This document shows positions 22,942-36,675 of a stretch of 64,000 nucleotides of DNA, piece by piece. The notes beneath the pieces were generated by a model. It was not told where the DNA came from. It saw nothing but the letters and a program-made list of their open reading frames with translations, and did not search any database. The stretch is from Okamejei kenojei. Lineage: Eukaryota. The stretch is taken from NCBI GenBank assembly GCA_035221665.1, contig CM069131.1, forward strand, positions 9,486,001-9,550,000. The letters run 5' to 3'. The position numbers and the translations under genes are program-made. Numbering within the stretch: the stretch's first letter is position 1; every line of letters starts with the position of its first letter.

Positions 22942-25105
22942 TTTCAAGGTTTCATGGTCAGTTTATTGTCACATGCACCAATTAAGGTACAATGAAATTT
23001 GAGTTACCATACAGCCATACCAAGTGAAAAGCAACAATAACCATATAATAACCATATAACAATTACAGCACGGAAACAGGCCCTCTCGGCCCTTCCAGTC
23101 CGTGCCAACTATTTGTTTTCCCCTAGTTCCATCTACCTGCACTCAGACCATACCCCTCCATTCCCTTCACGTCCATATACCTATCCACTTTACTCTTAAA
23201 TGTTAAAATCGATCCTGCCTCCACCACTTCTGCTGGAAGCTGATTCCACACAGCCACCACCCTCTGAGTAAAGAAGTTCCCCCTCACGTTACCCCGAAAC
23301 CTCTGTCCCTTAATTCTCATGTCATGCCCTCTTGTTTGAATCTTCCCTACCCTCAATGGGAAAAACGTATCCACGTCAACTCTGTCTATCCCTTTCATCA
23401 TTTTAAAGACCTCAATCAAGTCCCCCCTTAATCTTCTGCGCTCCAAAGAATAAATACCTAACTTGTTCAACCTTTCTCTGTAACATAGTTGCTGGAACCC
23501 TGGCAACATTCTAGTAAATCTCCTCTGTACTCTCTCTATTTTGTTGACATCCTTCCTATAACTAGGCGACCAAAATTGTACACCATACTCCAGAATTGGT
23601 CTTACCAATGCCTTGTACAATTTTAACATTACTTCCCTACTCCTATATTCAATGCTCTGATTTATAAAGGCCAGCACACCAAAGGCTTTCTTTACCACCC
23701 TATCTACATGCGATTCCACCTTCAGGGAACTATGCACAGTTATTCCTAGATCCCTCTGTTCCACAGCATTCCTCAATTCCCTACCATTTACCATGTACGT
23801 CTTATTTTGATTTGTCCTGCCAAGATGTAGCACTTCACACTTATCAGCATTAAACTCCATCTGCCATCTTTCAGCCCACTTTTCCAAATGGCCCAAATCT
23901 CTCTGTAGACACTTTGAAAATCTACTTCATTATCCACAACACCACCTATCTTAGTATCATCTGCATACTTACTTATCCAATTTTCCACCCCATCATCCAG
24001 ATCATTGATGTACATGACAAACAACAGTGGACCCAACACAGATCCCTGAGGCACCCCACTGGTCACCGGCTTCCAACCTGACAAACAGCCATCCACCATT
24101 ACTCTCTGACATCTCCCATTCAGCCACTGTTGAATCCATCTTGCTACTCCGCCATTAACACCCAAAGATTGAACCTTCTTAACCAACCTTCCATGGGGAA
24201 CCTTGTCAAAGGCCTTACTGAAATCCATATAGACAACATCCACTGCTTTACCCTCACAAATTTCCCTAGTTACCGCTTCAAAAAATTCAAGAAGGTTTGT
24301 CAAACATGACCTTCCAGGCACAATCCATGTTGACTGTTCCTGATCAGACCCTGTTTATCCAGATGCTTATATATATTATCTATAAGTATCCTTTCCATTA
24401 ATTTGCCCACCACTGACGTCAAACTAATAGGTCAATAATTGCTAGGTTTATTCTTTAACAAGACTCATAACCACATAAAAGTGAACATAAACATCCATCA
24501 CAGTGGATTCCACATTCCTCACTATGTTGGAAGGCAATAAAGTTCAATCTTCTCCCTCTTGTTCTCCCGCAGTCGGGGCAGTCAAACCATCCGCAGTCGG
24601 GGAAATCAAAGCCCTCGCAGCCGACAATCGAAGGCGCTGTCGGGGTGATCGAAACTCCCGCGTCAGGGCGGTTGAAACTCTCTCCGCAGCACGGAGCTCC
24701 CGAGTTGGCCTCTTCTTACCAGAGACCGCGGGCGGGCTTCACGATGTTAAAGTCCACAGGCCCTGCGATTGGAGCTTCGATCCCCGGCAAAGGGATCGCA
24801 AGCTCCGCGATGTTGAAGTCCCGCAGACTCCCGCGGCTTGGAGCGCCATGTCGGTCTCCAGGAAAGGCCGCCAATTCCACGATGTTAGGCTGCAGTGCGG
24901 ACGGAGATACGATATGGAAAAAAAATCGCATCTCCGTCGATGTAAGAGATTGGAAAAAAAAGTTTCCCCCAATCTCCACCACCCCCCACATAAAACAAAC
25001 CAAGGAACACTAAAACATACTTTTAACACATACAAAAAATAACAAAAAGAAGAAAGGACAGACAGACTGTTGGTGAGGCAGGCACTGCTGGTGGTGCCAC
25101 CCGGT
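22942..25105 (-). mobile_element. Long non-LTR 3' UTR-like repeat hosting a nested CR1
   Basis: GTGACAATAAA + short-repeat tail at 22942-22975 (same tail at 9830-9895); resumes at ~24457 with GC-rich CGATGTT-containing subrepeats. Confidence 0.5.
23036..24455 (-). mobile_element. Young CR1-type LINE 3' portion (RT domain, one frameshift near 23900)
   Basis: ORFs 23788-24321 and 23123-23896: RSCLTNL, DFSKAFD, GVPQGSVLGP, YADD, VRPILEYGVQFW; AACCATAT-repeat tail. Confidence 0.93.
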
Positions 25106-25763
25106 GTAAAATTAACCCATCTTTAAGATGGGTTAAGATCTGGTAGAATACTTTTTGGATGGGCAGCTATTCTACTTGTAATACAACACTTTTGATAACA
25201 TGAGAAAAGGCAATTTTTCACACATAAAACATTCAAAACATTCACCTTTCTGTGTTTTTTGCTCTGCTTTAGCCCTTTTTGTGCAAAATTAATCAGAGTT
25301 TATTGGATTACTTTTCAGTTTTTCCACTTTTAATTTTCACGCCAGCTTTCTTACTTTAAACCTTTCTCCTCCTGAGGGAATCAAGCAATCAAAACTCAGT
25401 GCAAGTTATGGCCTGCAATGAGGATGTCTTAAGTCACAGCTGAATCTACCTTGTGAAGAGATTCTAAAGTTAAAGAGTCATAGAGTGATACAGTGTGGAA
25501 ACAGGCCTTTCGGCCTAACTTGCCCACACCGGCCAACATGTCCCTGCTACAGCAGTCCCACCTGCCTGCGTTTGGTCCATATCCCTCCAAACATGTCCTA
25601 TCCATGTAAAAATGTCCCTTGCATGCCTATTTCTTCAATGCTAACATAGCACTTAGCTATTTAAATAACTACTTGTAATACCAGGCGAGTTGTTGTGTTG
25701 GTATTCATTCTTGCGGAAAGAAATTGAGTTTACAATTGAACTTTGCTATTTTTTTAATTTTAG

Positions 25764-25924
25764 CTGCCTGTGGAGGACTCCTGTCAAAGTTAAATGGAAC
25801 AATCACCACACCAGGCTGGCCAAAGGAATATCCTCCAAATAAGAACTGTGTTTGGCAAGTTGTGGCTCCCACTCAGTACAGGATCTCTATGCAGTTTGAA
25901 TTTTTTGAGCTAGAAGGCAACGAT
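25764..25924 (+). CDS. TLL1: Tolloid-like exon, CUB3 first half ([54 protein letters not shown])
   Basis: ttttag| acceptor, GTAAGT donor; 161 nt, phase 1->0. Confidence 0.95.
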
Positions 25925-26009
25925 GTAAGTAATCTAAACGTTATTGGATTACAAATTGAACATTCTTAATATTAGGTAAATAGTAACCCATACAATGTGA
26001 CAAAGCTAT

Positions 26010-26760
26010 ATTAGAGAGCCATTGAGTCATACAGCACGGAAACAGGCCCTTCACCCCAACTCGTGCATTCTGACCAAGTTCAATCTTCTAAACTAGTCCC
26101 ATTTGCCCGGGTTAGAGTGCTACAGTGTGGAAACAGGCCCTTCGCCCCAACCTGCCCACACCGGCCAACATGCCCCAGCTACACTAGTCTCACCTGCCTG
26201 TGTTTGGTCCATATCGCTCCAAACCTGTCCTATCCAGGTATCTGTCCAACTGTTTCTTAAATGTTGGGATAGTCCCAACCTCAACTACATCCTCTGGCAG
26301 CTAGTTCCATACACCCCACCACTCTTTGTGTGAAAGGTCACCTCTCAGATTCTTATTAAATCTTTTCCCCTTCACCTTATGTGTTTGGCCCATATTCCTC
26401 CTAACCATTCCTATCCATGTACCTGTTCAAAGTGTCTTGTTAAATATTGTTCTAGTTCCTGCCTCAACTTCCTCCTCTGGCAACACATTCCATAAATCCA
26501 CACTCTACGAGAAAAACCTGCCCTTTTGGTACTAAATATTTCCATCTCATCTTAAATTTTATCTTCTCAGTTTTGTGATTCCCCTACTCTGGGTAAGGGA
26601 CTCTGTGCATTCACCTTCTCTAGTACTATCAATATCTTATACATCTCTAAAAGATCACCCCTCATCCTCCTGCGGTCCAAGGAATACCGTCCTTGCCTGT
26701 CCAACCTCTCTCATTAGCTCAGGCCCTCAAGTCCTGGCGGCATCCTTGTACATTTTCCCT
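26010..26760 (-). mobile_element. Cluster of nested CR1 3' fragments
   Basis: Repeated GGAAACAGGCCCTTC 3' UTR ends and CR1 C-terminal remnants. Confidence 0.7.
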
Positions 26761-27251
26761 GCTTTCCTTTTCTATTTGGTTGCCCATCTCAACACTGCAG
26801 TGTTGGTATTATTAAAGTTAATGGAAAATCAGCTGTTGGAAGAAGTGGTCACAACTAGCATGCTCATTTAGCATTAGGCAACAGGTCATATTATGTCACC
26901 ATTTCCCTATATGCAATAGTAACGAATTATTTCATTTTAATATGTCGTCCAATGCAGTTTTTCAACAGCTCTGTGAGTGCATATGTCTTCCCCCTACCAT
27001 CAACTCGATAAAGCAAATGTGCTGTGTTCTTTTCTGCATTTCAACAAATGTCTTCACAATTTCATTAGAGGCATCTTACTGAACTTAATTGTCCCGAACG
27101 CAGTAAATTTAATTTGCTATGAACTTTCTGTCCCAACTTAAATTTGTCCAGGTAATTTACCAAATCTGTGCATTAGGTGTTGTTGATGAACTGAATATCG
27201 GCACAAAAATAATATATATTGATTTAGAAATTTGGTTGTCTACTACATTGT

Positions 27252-27550
27252 AGATAGAAACATAGAAACATAGAAAATAGGTGCAGGAATAGGCCATTCG
27301 TCCCTTCGAGCCTGCACCGCCATTCAATATGATCATGGCTGATCATCCAACTCAGTATCCCGTACCTGCCTTCTCTATATACCCCCTGATCCCCTTAGCC
27401 ACAAGGGCCACATCTAACTCCCTCTTAAATATAGCCAATGAACTGGCCTCAACTACCTTCTGTGGCAGAGAATTCCAGAGATTCGCCACTCTCTGTGTGA
27501 AAAATGTTTTTCTCATCTCGGTCCTACAAGACATCCCCCTTATCCTTAAA
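27252..27550 (-). mobile_element. CR1-type LINE 3' end
   Basis: ORF 27352-27534 (FFTQRVANLWNSLP); (ATAGAAAC)n tail. Confidence 0.88.
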
Positions 27551-28004
27551 AATTAGAGGGAAGCTACCTAATTAAAAAAAATTGATTCCATGTTTGCTTC
27601 TGGATGTTTCTGCGCATAGGGCATAATTACCATGGAGGCCACTTGATTTATTTCAGTGAAGTCAATTAGCGTGCTTTCCTCAAATGCAAATAAATGGTTC
27701 ACAAATTGCTCAGCCTGCAATTGCAAAGATAACAAGAAAGTGCACGGTTAATTAACCTGACTTTTAGTGTGAAGAAGGGTCTCGACCCAACGCGTCACCT
27801 ATTCCTTTTCTCCAGAGATGCTGCCTGCCCCACTGAGTTACACTGCAGTTCTTTCCAGCACTGACTTTTAGACTTTGATTTTGGCCAAAGCTAGACTGAT
27901 TTTTTCCCCAATCAGTGTTGCTTCAGCCTGACTTTTAGGAAATGAAGAATTTCAGGACCATCTCCCTGAGTCTGCCTGTGTCCTGCTAACATCCATTCAG
28001 ACAG

Positions 28005-28177
28005 AATATGCAGGAAGGAACTGCAGATGCTGGTTTAAACTGAAGATAGACACAAAATGCTGGAGTAACTCAGCGAGACAGGCATCATCTCTGGAGAGAA
28101 GGAATGGGTGACGTTTCGGGTCGTGACCCAGTCTGAAGAAGGGTCTCGACCCGAAACGTTACTCCAGCAATTTGTCT
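28005..28177. mobile_element. Fold-back Penelope-derived mini-element
   Basis: 14-bp TSD ATCCATTCAGACAG (27991-28004 / 28178-28191); minus-strand tail followed by + strand CTGAAGAAGGGTCTCGACCCGAAACGTT (28133-28160). Confidence 0.8.
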
Positions 28178-28532
28178 ATCCATTCAGACAGTAGACACAA
28201 GTAACTGCATATGCTGGTTTACAAAAGAAATACACAAATTGCTGAGGTACCTCAATGAGTTAGGCAGCATCTCTGGAGAACATGGATATGCAACGTTTCA
28301 GGTAGGGACCCTTCTTCAGACCAAAGAAGGATCCCGATCTAAGTTGCCACATCATCTATCCTCTCCACAGATGCTGCCTGATATACTGAGATTCTCCAGG
28401 ACTGTGTTTTGCTCAAGATTCCAGCATTTGTAGTTTTTTTGTGTCTCAAGTTCGGATACAACTGGAAAGGCTGGTTATCTGAAATTGTTGAATTCAGTTG
28501 AAATTCAGTTGATTTCAGTGTTGATTCCCCAT

Positions 28533-30043
28533 GGGCCTGGCACACTTAGGCGACTGCAGGAGACTATGCAGTCGCCACATGTTCGCAGGTGGTTGCCGGG
28601 GAGTCGCCTTGATGTTCGTGAGGAGTTCCCGCATTCTGGGAACTAGTCGCAGCCTCATTATGGTCGCCGTGAATTTTTTCATCATGTTGAAAAATTAGCG
28701 GCGACTAGAATGAAGCCGCAATGGAGAGCAGCGAGAATTCTCGAGCTGTAGGTGGGTCGCCAGGAGGTCGACGGTTCTCGTATGATCTTGTAGGTTGTAG
28801 CCGGTGCTGACCGGTGAATTTAATTGGCTCATTGGGAAAAAAAACGTACGCAGTAGTTTTCAGAACCAAGGATAACCGACCGGTAATGTTAATGTCCGCC
28901 GAGCTTCACAGCCGTGTATCTCTGGCTTCTTAAAGGTTGTCTCCACTTGTTCACCCTCATTCAGGTCCCCTATCCCCCCCCCCCCCCTTCACCCCTAACC
29001 CCCCTCTTTTAAAGGATAATAGACAATAGGTGCAGGATTCGGCCATTCGAGCTGGCACCGCCATTCAATGTGATCATGGCTGATCATCTCCATCAGTACC
29101 CCGTTCCTGCCTTCTCCCCATGTCCCCTGACTCTTCTATTTTTAAGAGCCCCAGCCAGCTCTCTCTTGAAAGCATCCAGAGAACCTGCCTCCACCACCCT
29201 AGGAGGCAGAGAATTCCACAGACTCACCACTCTCTGTCAGAAAAAGTGTTTCCTTGTCTCTCGTTCTAAATGGCTTACTCCTTATGTTACTACTTTCTCA
29301 ATTCTGTTAACCCTTGCTGTCTCCTCTTCCCACCTCTCCCTCAGCCCTCGGGCCCTGGCATTCTCTCTCTCTCTATCTCTCTCCCCCACCCTAGTCGCAC
29401 TAGCTTCTCATTTTCACACCACAAACAGCTTACAATGGCTTGTTCCCTTTATCATCGATACTTTTTTGCATATCTTTCATTCATTGTTTTTTATCTCTCC
29501 ACATCACCGTCTATATCTCGCGTTTCCCTGATCCCTGACCAGTCTGAAGAAGGGTCTCGATCCGAAACGTCGCCTATCTCCTTCGCTCCTTAGATGCTGC
29601 TGCACCCGCTGAGTTTCTCCAGCCTTTTGTGTACCCTCCTTATGTGGCCGCTGGTTCTGGACTCCCCCAACATCGGGAACATGTTTCCTGCCTCTAGCGT
29701 GTCCAAACCCTTAACAATCTTATATGTTTCATATAACTTACCGTAAAGTGAACTTACCGTACACTGTGCTTTTACCATCTTAATTACAGCGCCAACCTTC
29801 CTGTTCATCGTGGAGTGTGTCTGTATCACCTTGGCTTTGCACCATGTGAATTTCACTCAGACAGCGCTCCCCCCACTTGCCCTGTCCCCCGCCTGCATAA
29901 CGGGCTGGGGAAGGACGCGATCTCTTTGTGTGTGTGTTCCACTCTGACAGTCGCCGTTCCAGTTGCCGGCTTTTCAGGCGAGTGTCGGGAACTTGGCAGT
30001 CGCCCGGCAGTCGCCTTAAAAATCGCCTAAGTGGGACAGGCCC
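28533..30043. mobile_element. PIF/Harbinger-like non-autonomous DNA transposon with nested CR1 and PLE insertions
   Basis: TIRs GGGCCTGGCACACTTAGGCGA / TCGCCTAAGTGGGACAGGCCC; internal blocks shared with 61840-62706; CR1 piece ~29015-29735 is itself split by a PLE tail. Confidence 0.75.
29288..29635 (+). mobile_element. Penelope-like 3' end with hammerhead motif (29544-29571)
   Basis: 10-bp TSD CTCCTTATGT (29278-29287 / 29636-29645); nearly identical to 59400-59742. Confidence 0.85.
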
Positions 30044-30304
30044 ATAAGGAGTACAATATGCCTAGTCAAAACCTTAATAAACTTTAGCTGAGCTTGAGTG
30101 AGATGTATGACAGATTTGAGAGTGGGATGCAGAATTAAAATAATAGACAACCAGATGCTCAAGGTCACTCTCGTGGGCATAGCAGAAGTACGCATAAAGC
30201 ACATTGTGAGCACCAAATGCAGTAGTTTAAAGTAGAAGTGAGTGGATACTTCACCAAGCAACAGCTATTGTATCACCTTGATTATAGGCAAAAGTACCTT
30301 CCGA

Positions 30305-30512
30305 AGTTGGACACAAAATGCTGAAGTAACTCTGGATAGAAGGAATGGGTGACCTTTCGGGTCGCAACGCTTCTTCAATCTGAGGAAGTGTCTCGACCGC
30401 GAAACAACACCCATTCCTTCTCTCCAGAGATGCTGCTTGTCCCACTGAGTTAACTCCAGCATTTTGTGTCCTACTTCGGTGTAAAGTAGCATCTGCAGTT
30501 CCCTCCTACCCA
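30305..30512. mobile_element. Degenerate fold-back Penelope-derived mini-element
   Basis: Inverted tails meeting at ..CTTCTTCAATCTGAGGAAG..; imperfect flanking repeat ACCTTnnGAAGTTGG. Confidence 0.7.
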
Positions 30513-30811
30513 CCTTGGGAAGTTGGGTTGCGTAACTGACGGAAATGCAAGTGCGATCCAGAGATCCATGGAGGAAGTTGTGAGGGAGGGGAAGAGGGGA
30601 AGATGTGCCTAGTGGAGGAACCTATCCTTGGGGAGGTGGAGAGAGGATAGGGGCAAAAGTGGAAATAACTCAATAGATACAATTAAGAGCCCTGTGGAGG
30701 GAAAGCCACAGTTAAAGAAAAAGGAAGACATCTCGGAAATTTTGGGAAGGAAGGTGTCATAGTCGGAATAGATTAAATGGAACTGGACGAGCTGGGAATA
30801 GTGAATAAAGT

Positions 30812-31120
30812 ATAGTTTAGTTTAGTTTAGTTTAGAGACACAATGCAGAAACAGGCCCTTAGGCCCACCGGGTCCACACCGACCAGCGATCCCCGCACAT
30901 TAACACTATCCTACACCCACTAGGGACAATTTTTACATTTACCAAGCCAATTAACCCACATAACTGTGGGAGTGTTGGAGGAAACCGAAGATCTCGTAGA
31001 AAGGTCACGGGGAGAACGTACAAACCCTGTTAGGACAGCACCCGTAGTCGGGATGGAACCCGGGTCTCCGGCGCTGCTTTCGCTGTAAGGCAGCAACTCT
31101 ACCGCTGCGCCACCATGACC
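30812..31120 (-). mobile_element. V-SINE
   Basis: (TTTAG)n tail, V-domain and tRNA head on the minus strand. Confidence 0.88.
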
Positions 31121-32334
31121 ACCCTAAATAAGATAGTAAAATTATAAGAAGCATGAAGGAGGATGTGTGGTCATGTTACCCAGGTGTGTTTGGCAGCTAG
31201 CAATAGGTAATGGCTGCTAACCTGTCACCTGAGATAGAGATTGGGAATTCCAGAAGGGGAAGAGAAGTATCAGAAATGGAGCATGAAACTGAGAGCAAGG
31301 CAGCAAAGGTCTTGAGGCCTTTGAGTTCAGTATGAAATTCCACCACCTTTCTTCCCAGCACCATTAGGATATCAACACCTTTAGCACCATCAACATTTGC
31401 ATCTCAGTCTCCATTGGGCCCTACCCAGTCGAAACCATGCCCTTTGTTCTCGCCTCCCCTGTCGCACTATGCTTGGTTTCTGACCTTGTCCTCTTCTGAT
31501 GCAAGATCATCAACCCTGAAATATTTCACTGTCCATATGTGGTACCTGAAGAAGGGTCTCGACCTGAAACGTCTCCCTTTCCTTCTATCCAGAGATGATG
31601 CCTTTCCCGCTGAGTTACTCCAGCATCTTCTGTCCATCCTTTGGTACCTGACCCATGAGTGTCTCCATCACTTTGTGTCAGATTTCCAGGATTTTTTCTT
31701 TTATAGCAGTTTCTTTGTTTTGTAGCCACTTGGAAGGCAATTTAGGTTTGTTCTGGTCACATGAAAACTGCAATAAAGAAGTGTTTGTTTTGTTACCAAT
31801 GGGAGATTCCTGCCACTTTACAGATGCTAAGTTGGTCTGCCAAGGTATAGTTGCCTTGGTCTTCAATCTAAAATCCATTCTGCAGGCAGATTTAGTCTGT
31901 TCACTATTCACTGTCGCACTCCCATTGTTGGCAATTCAACAGTGGCAACACATCACCTGGCAGGACTTTGTGTTCCTCTTCTCCCTTTGTTGTTACATCT
32001 CTTCATTGATCGATACCGGCCTTTGTAAGAATGCTCTGCCTGTACATTCTTTGTCACTCATTGTCAAACAGAATGAATTAAAGAGATAATTATCAAGAAT
32101 TATCAATTTATTCTGCAGGGAGACGAATATTTATAGGTCTGCCCTTCATTAAAAGAAAGGATTCTGTGATCTAAAGCTCCTTGGGGAGAATTCCCATCGC
32201 GGAGAGTGCACCTTGAAGCGTGCAACCCTTAATATTCTGTCCAATAAATAAATGAAAAATTGTAGACGATAAGCTCATGACTTTGTAAAATGTGTTTTCA
32301 GTGACAGCCACTATCTGCTGACACTGCCAGATTG

Positions 32335-32662
32335 TTGTTTTAGTATTAGTTTTGGAGATACCGTGCGGAAACAGGCCCTTCGGCCCACTGAGTCCGCACC
32401 GACCAGCGGTCCCCGCTCATTAACACTACCTTACACCCACACTAGGGACAATTTTAACACTTGTAGCAAGCCGATTAACCTGCAAACCTGCACGTCTTTG
32501 GGGTGTGTGAGAAAACACGAAGATCTCGGCGAAAACCCACGTGGTCACGGGGAGAACGTACAAACTCCGTACAGACAGCACCCGTAGTCGGGATTGAACC
32601 TGGGTTTCTGACGTCATAAGCGCTGTAAGGCAGCAACCTTACCGCTGAGCCGCCGTGCCGCC
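32335..32662 (-). mobile_element. V-SINE
   Basis: Same family as 21908-22215, reverse orientation. Confidence 0.88.
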
Positions 32663-33254
32663 TCATGAGATGGGCAAAAAACAGGAGTTTTGAGGTGTAG
32701 GTTAACATAACAAAAAAAAAATTCCCGGTAAAAAGATTGCCACCCTGGCACCACATTTATATAAAACGTAAATGAATGTGAAGAACTAGAATACTTTGCT
32801 TAAGTTGGTACATAAATATAAATATAGAAATATACATTTAAATATATAAATGTAATATAAATATAAATACACTCTTGGACAGATGGTGTGATTATAACCT
32901 CAGCAAAATGAAAATCTGCAATGCATTTTCTTTTCCTGTGAAGTTGAGCTGTGGTATAATGGTACGATTATTATTTGCTTATCTTTATTTGTTATTCTTA
33001 TGTTCTATGGATGTGGACCATCCTCCCACTTAGATAGATGCACTAAAAGACACTGATGCAGTTTCCTTGAGCTATTCATCATGGTGATACATAGGTTATT
33101 TCAGTCAGGTCAAGCCTAGATTGTGCTCAGTAATGAAAATACTGCTGCAGCTGCTAGAGATTTGTTTTGTTTCTGAGGAAACCTTTATGTAAAAACTATT
33201 GCATTTCCATTAACTTGGACTAGTTTAAATTCACAAAGCAAAGACAATTCTTTT

Positions 33255-33865
33255 TAGTTTCAGCGTAGTTTATTGTCACGTGGTTATAGTTTGTAGGTAG
33301 AGTGAAAAGCTTTTTTTTGCATGCTAACCATTTGGCAGAAAGTCAATACATGATTACAATCGATCCATTTACAGTGTACAGATGCAGGATGAGGGAATAA
33401 CGTTTAGTGCAAGGTAAGGATCAAAGATTGTCTGAGGGTTATCAAAGAGGTAGATAGCAGTTCAGCACTGCTCTCTGGTAGTGGTATGATGATTCAGTTG
33501 CCTGATAATAGCTGGGAAGAAACTGTCCCTGAATCTGTTGGTGTTCGTTTTCACACTTCTGTACATTTTGCCTGATGGGAGAGGGGAGAAGAGGGAGTGG
33601 CCAGGGTGCGACTCGTTCTTGATTATGCTGCTGGCCTTGCCGAGGCAGCGTGAGGTATAAATGGAGTCAATAGAAGGGAGGTTGGTTTGTGCGATGGTCT
33701 GGGCTGCGTCCACAATTCGCTGTAATTTCTTGCGGTCTTGGATGGAGCTGTTCCCAGACCAAGCTGTGATACATCCTGATAAAATACTTTCTGTGGTGCA
33801 TCTGTAGATGTTGGTGAGAGTTGTAGGGGACAGGCTAAACTTCCTAAGCTTTCGAAGGAAGTAGA
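33255..33865 (-). mobile_element. Rex1/Babar-like LINE 3' fragment
   Basis: LPSIDSIYTSRC..KASSII..SHPGHSLFSPLPSG..RFRDSFFP C-terminal signature; GTGACAATAAA tail. Confidence 0.78.
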
Positions 33866-34101
33866 CTTTGTAACTAGCTGTATTTTATAGGTATCATGCC
33901 TGTTTCTAATTCAAGGAAATGGCAGGCAACAATTCAATAATGGCAAAACTGGGGAGCAGGCTAGGAGTAGGGAATTCTATTTAGCTCATTTGTTAACACT
34001 AATTTCTCTTCCATTACAATTTTAAGTGGGTTTGTAAATAGGCAATAAGGCAGGGTGGTAAATGTCTTGCTGCAGATTCAATTTGGTATTATGCTTTAGG
34101 T

Positions 34102-34289
34102 CAGTGGTTCTTAACCTGGGGTTCGGAACCCCCGTGGGGGGTCATTTGGGGCTTTACCGGGGGGGTCATGAAGGGGTCATAAATAACATATCCATTTGTT
34201 GAGCCCATTTTGAGGAACCTAACAAAGGCATTTACCACATACAGTATTTTGTTTGCGCGTATGTATGCGAAAAAGGTTAAGAACCACTG
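34102..34289. mobile_element. hAT (Charlie-type) MITE, 188 bp
   Basis: Perfect 16-bp TIR CAGTGGTTCTTAACCT; 8-bp TSD CTTTAGGT (34094-34101 / 34290-34297). Confidence 0.92.
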
Positions 34290-35970
34290 CTTTAGGTTCT
34301 AGGAAGATCTTTGGAATTTAAAGTCTAAAAGGACAGAGCTTGTCACCACCAAGATTCTCCGATTACTTAAAAGATGGGCCAGGTCATAGTGAAACAGTGT
34401 GGAAACAGGCCCTTTGGCCCAACTTGCCCATATCAGCCTACAGGTCCCAGTTCCTCCAGTCCCACCTGCCTGTGCTTGGTCCATATCCTTCCAAACCTGT
34501 CCTATCCATGTACCTGTCGAACTGTTTCTTAATACTTTGTACATAGCAGGGATTTGAAAAAGAAATGTTGCTTTTATTCTGCTCTGGTCACATCGTATCC
34601 TCCTGTCCGGATTGCTCTAATGACTGCTTGCACAGTCATAGACTCGTACTGCATGGAAACAGACCTTTGGCCCAACTTGTCCGCGTCAACCAAGATGCCC
34701 CCATCTACGTTAGTCCCACCTACCCGTGTTTAGCCCATATCCCTCTAAACCTTTTCTATGTACCCACCCAAATCTCTTTTAAATGTTGTTATTGGACCTG
34801 TCTCAATGACCTCTGACGGCAGCTCGTTCCACATACCCACCTCTGTGTGAAAAAGTTGTCCCTCAGGCTCCTATTAAATTTTTCCCTCTCACCCAGCCAT
34901 CTAGCTACGTGGCTAATTTCTTGCCCTCTTTATGCTCGATCATCAAATTATTGTTTAACTTTTAGTGGTAACACACTTCAGGATGACGTCCATGTCAATG
35001 GCTGGTGGTGCAGTCAGTCAGAGAACTTGGCGACTATTGTTTGTGATACTAAAAATTCCTCCCTGTCAAAATAGACCTTACTTTCCACCCCCCCCCCCCC
35101 CCCCCCCGCCTACACCGCTCCAATAAAAAGGCTCTTTCTCCCCTCTTTGCCCAAAAAATTATTACTTTCTCGCATTGCTTCTGCATATCTATCATTTGCC
35201 TTCTACTGAGTTTACACTCACGTACATCTTGAATGCATAAAACCATGAGAGGAATAGGGTGGGATGCACAGTCTCTTTCCCAGAGTATGGGAATCGAGGA
35301 TCAGAGGACATAGGTTCAAGGTGAAGGGGAAAAGATTTAATAGGAATCAGAGGGGTAACTTTTTCACATAAAGGGTGGTGGGTGTATGGAACAAGCTGCC
35401 AGAGGAGGTGGTTGAGGCTGGGACTATCCCAACATTTTAGAAACAGTTAAACGGGCACATGGATAGGACAGGTTCAGTGGATATGGACCCAGTGCAGGTG
35501 GGTGGGACTGGTGCCGCTGAGACATTGTTGGCCGGCGTGGACAAGTTGGGCGGAGGGGCCTGTTTCCATGCTGTTTCACTCTATGGCTCTATGATGCCGA
35601 TTTGCATCAACAGTTCTCACTAAGATGGGTGGAGTTCATTTTCTCTGTTGATTACTCATGGCACCATGGCTCCTCCAATTTCCTTATTTTTGATTCTCCT
35701 GTTCATTTTTTAAATGTTTATTTTATGGCTTTTTTAAAAATTAAAAACTGATATTGCACACGGTTACACCTCTAAGTACATTCAATTTTTGATTGTTCTT
35801 GATCCCATCCCTTGGATTAATGTTGAACACGATACATCTAAAGAAATGCATCAAGCAATGAATTATGTTCTACCCTCATCTTTCATCATGAATTATCAGT
35901 TGCAGGGTTTGAAGTTTCAACTGCTTTCTTTATATTTCCACACTTGATCAGCAACCCGACACAATACTGA

Positions 35971-36285
<315 letters not shown>

Positions 36286-36675
36286 TGATCACATTAGCCC
36301 TGGTAGAATGCAAAGTGCTGGAGTGACTCAACAGGTCAGGCTACATCTCTGGCGGACATGGATAGGTGGCGCTTCGGGTCGGGAAGCAGACTGAGAAAGG
36401 ATTCCAGTGCTTTGTGTTCTACGCAAGATTCCAGCATCTGCAATTCCTTGTATCCACATTAATGCTGGGATGTAGTTACGGTGGTATAGTGTCCTTGTTA
36501 TTATATTTATATCAGTGACTTTATAATCTGAGCAGAGTTTTTATTATCCAGTCTTGGGTTGAAGTCCACACATTGATGCTCATGGATGAATAATGCACTA
36601 ATTTGCAGTTTTGCCTCTGTGTTCACCTGAAGATTTTTTTCAATTTTTTTGAAAGAAGTCCCTTGCGCAATGTAA

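Noticed and set aside
24503-25042. Overlapping 95-179 aa ORFs on both strands
   Set aside because: GC-rich internally repetitive part of a repeat; no domain signature or splice context
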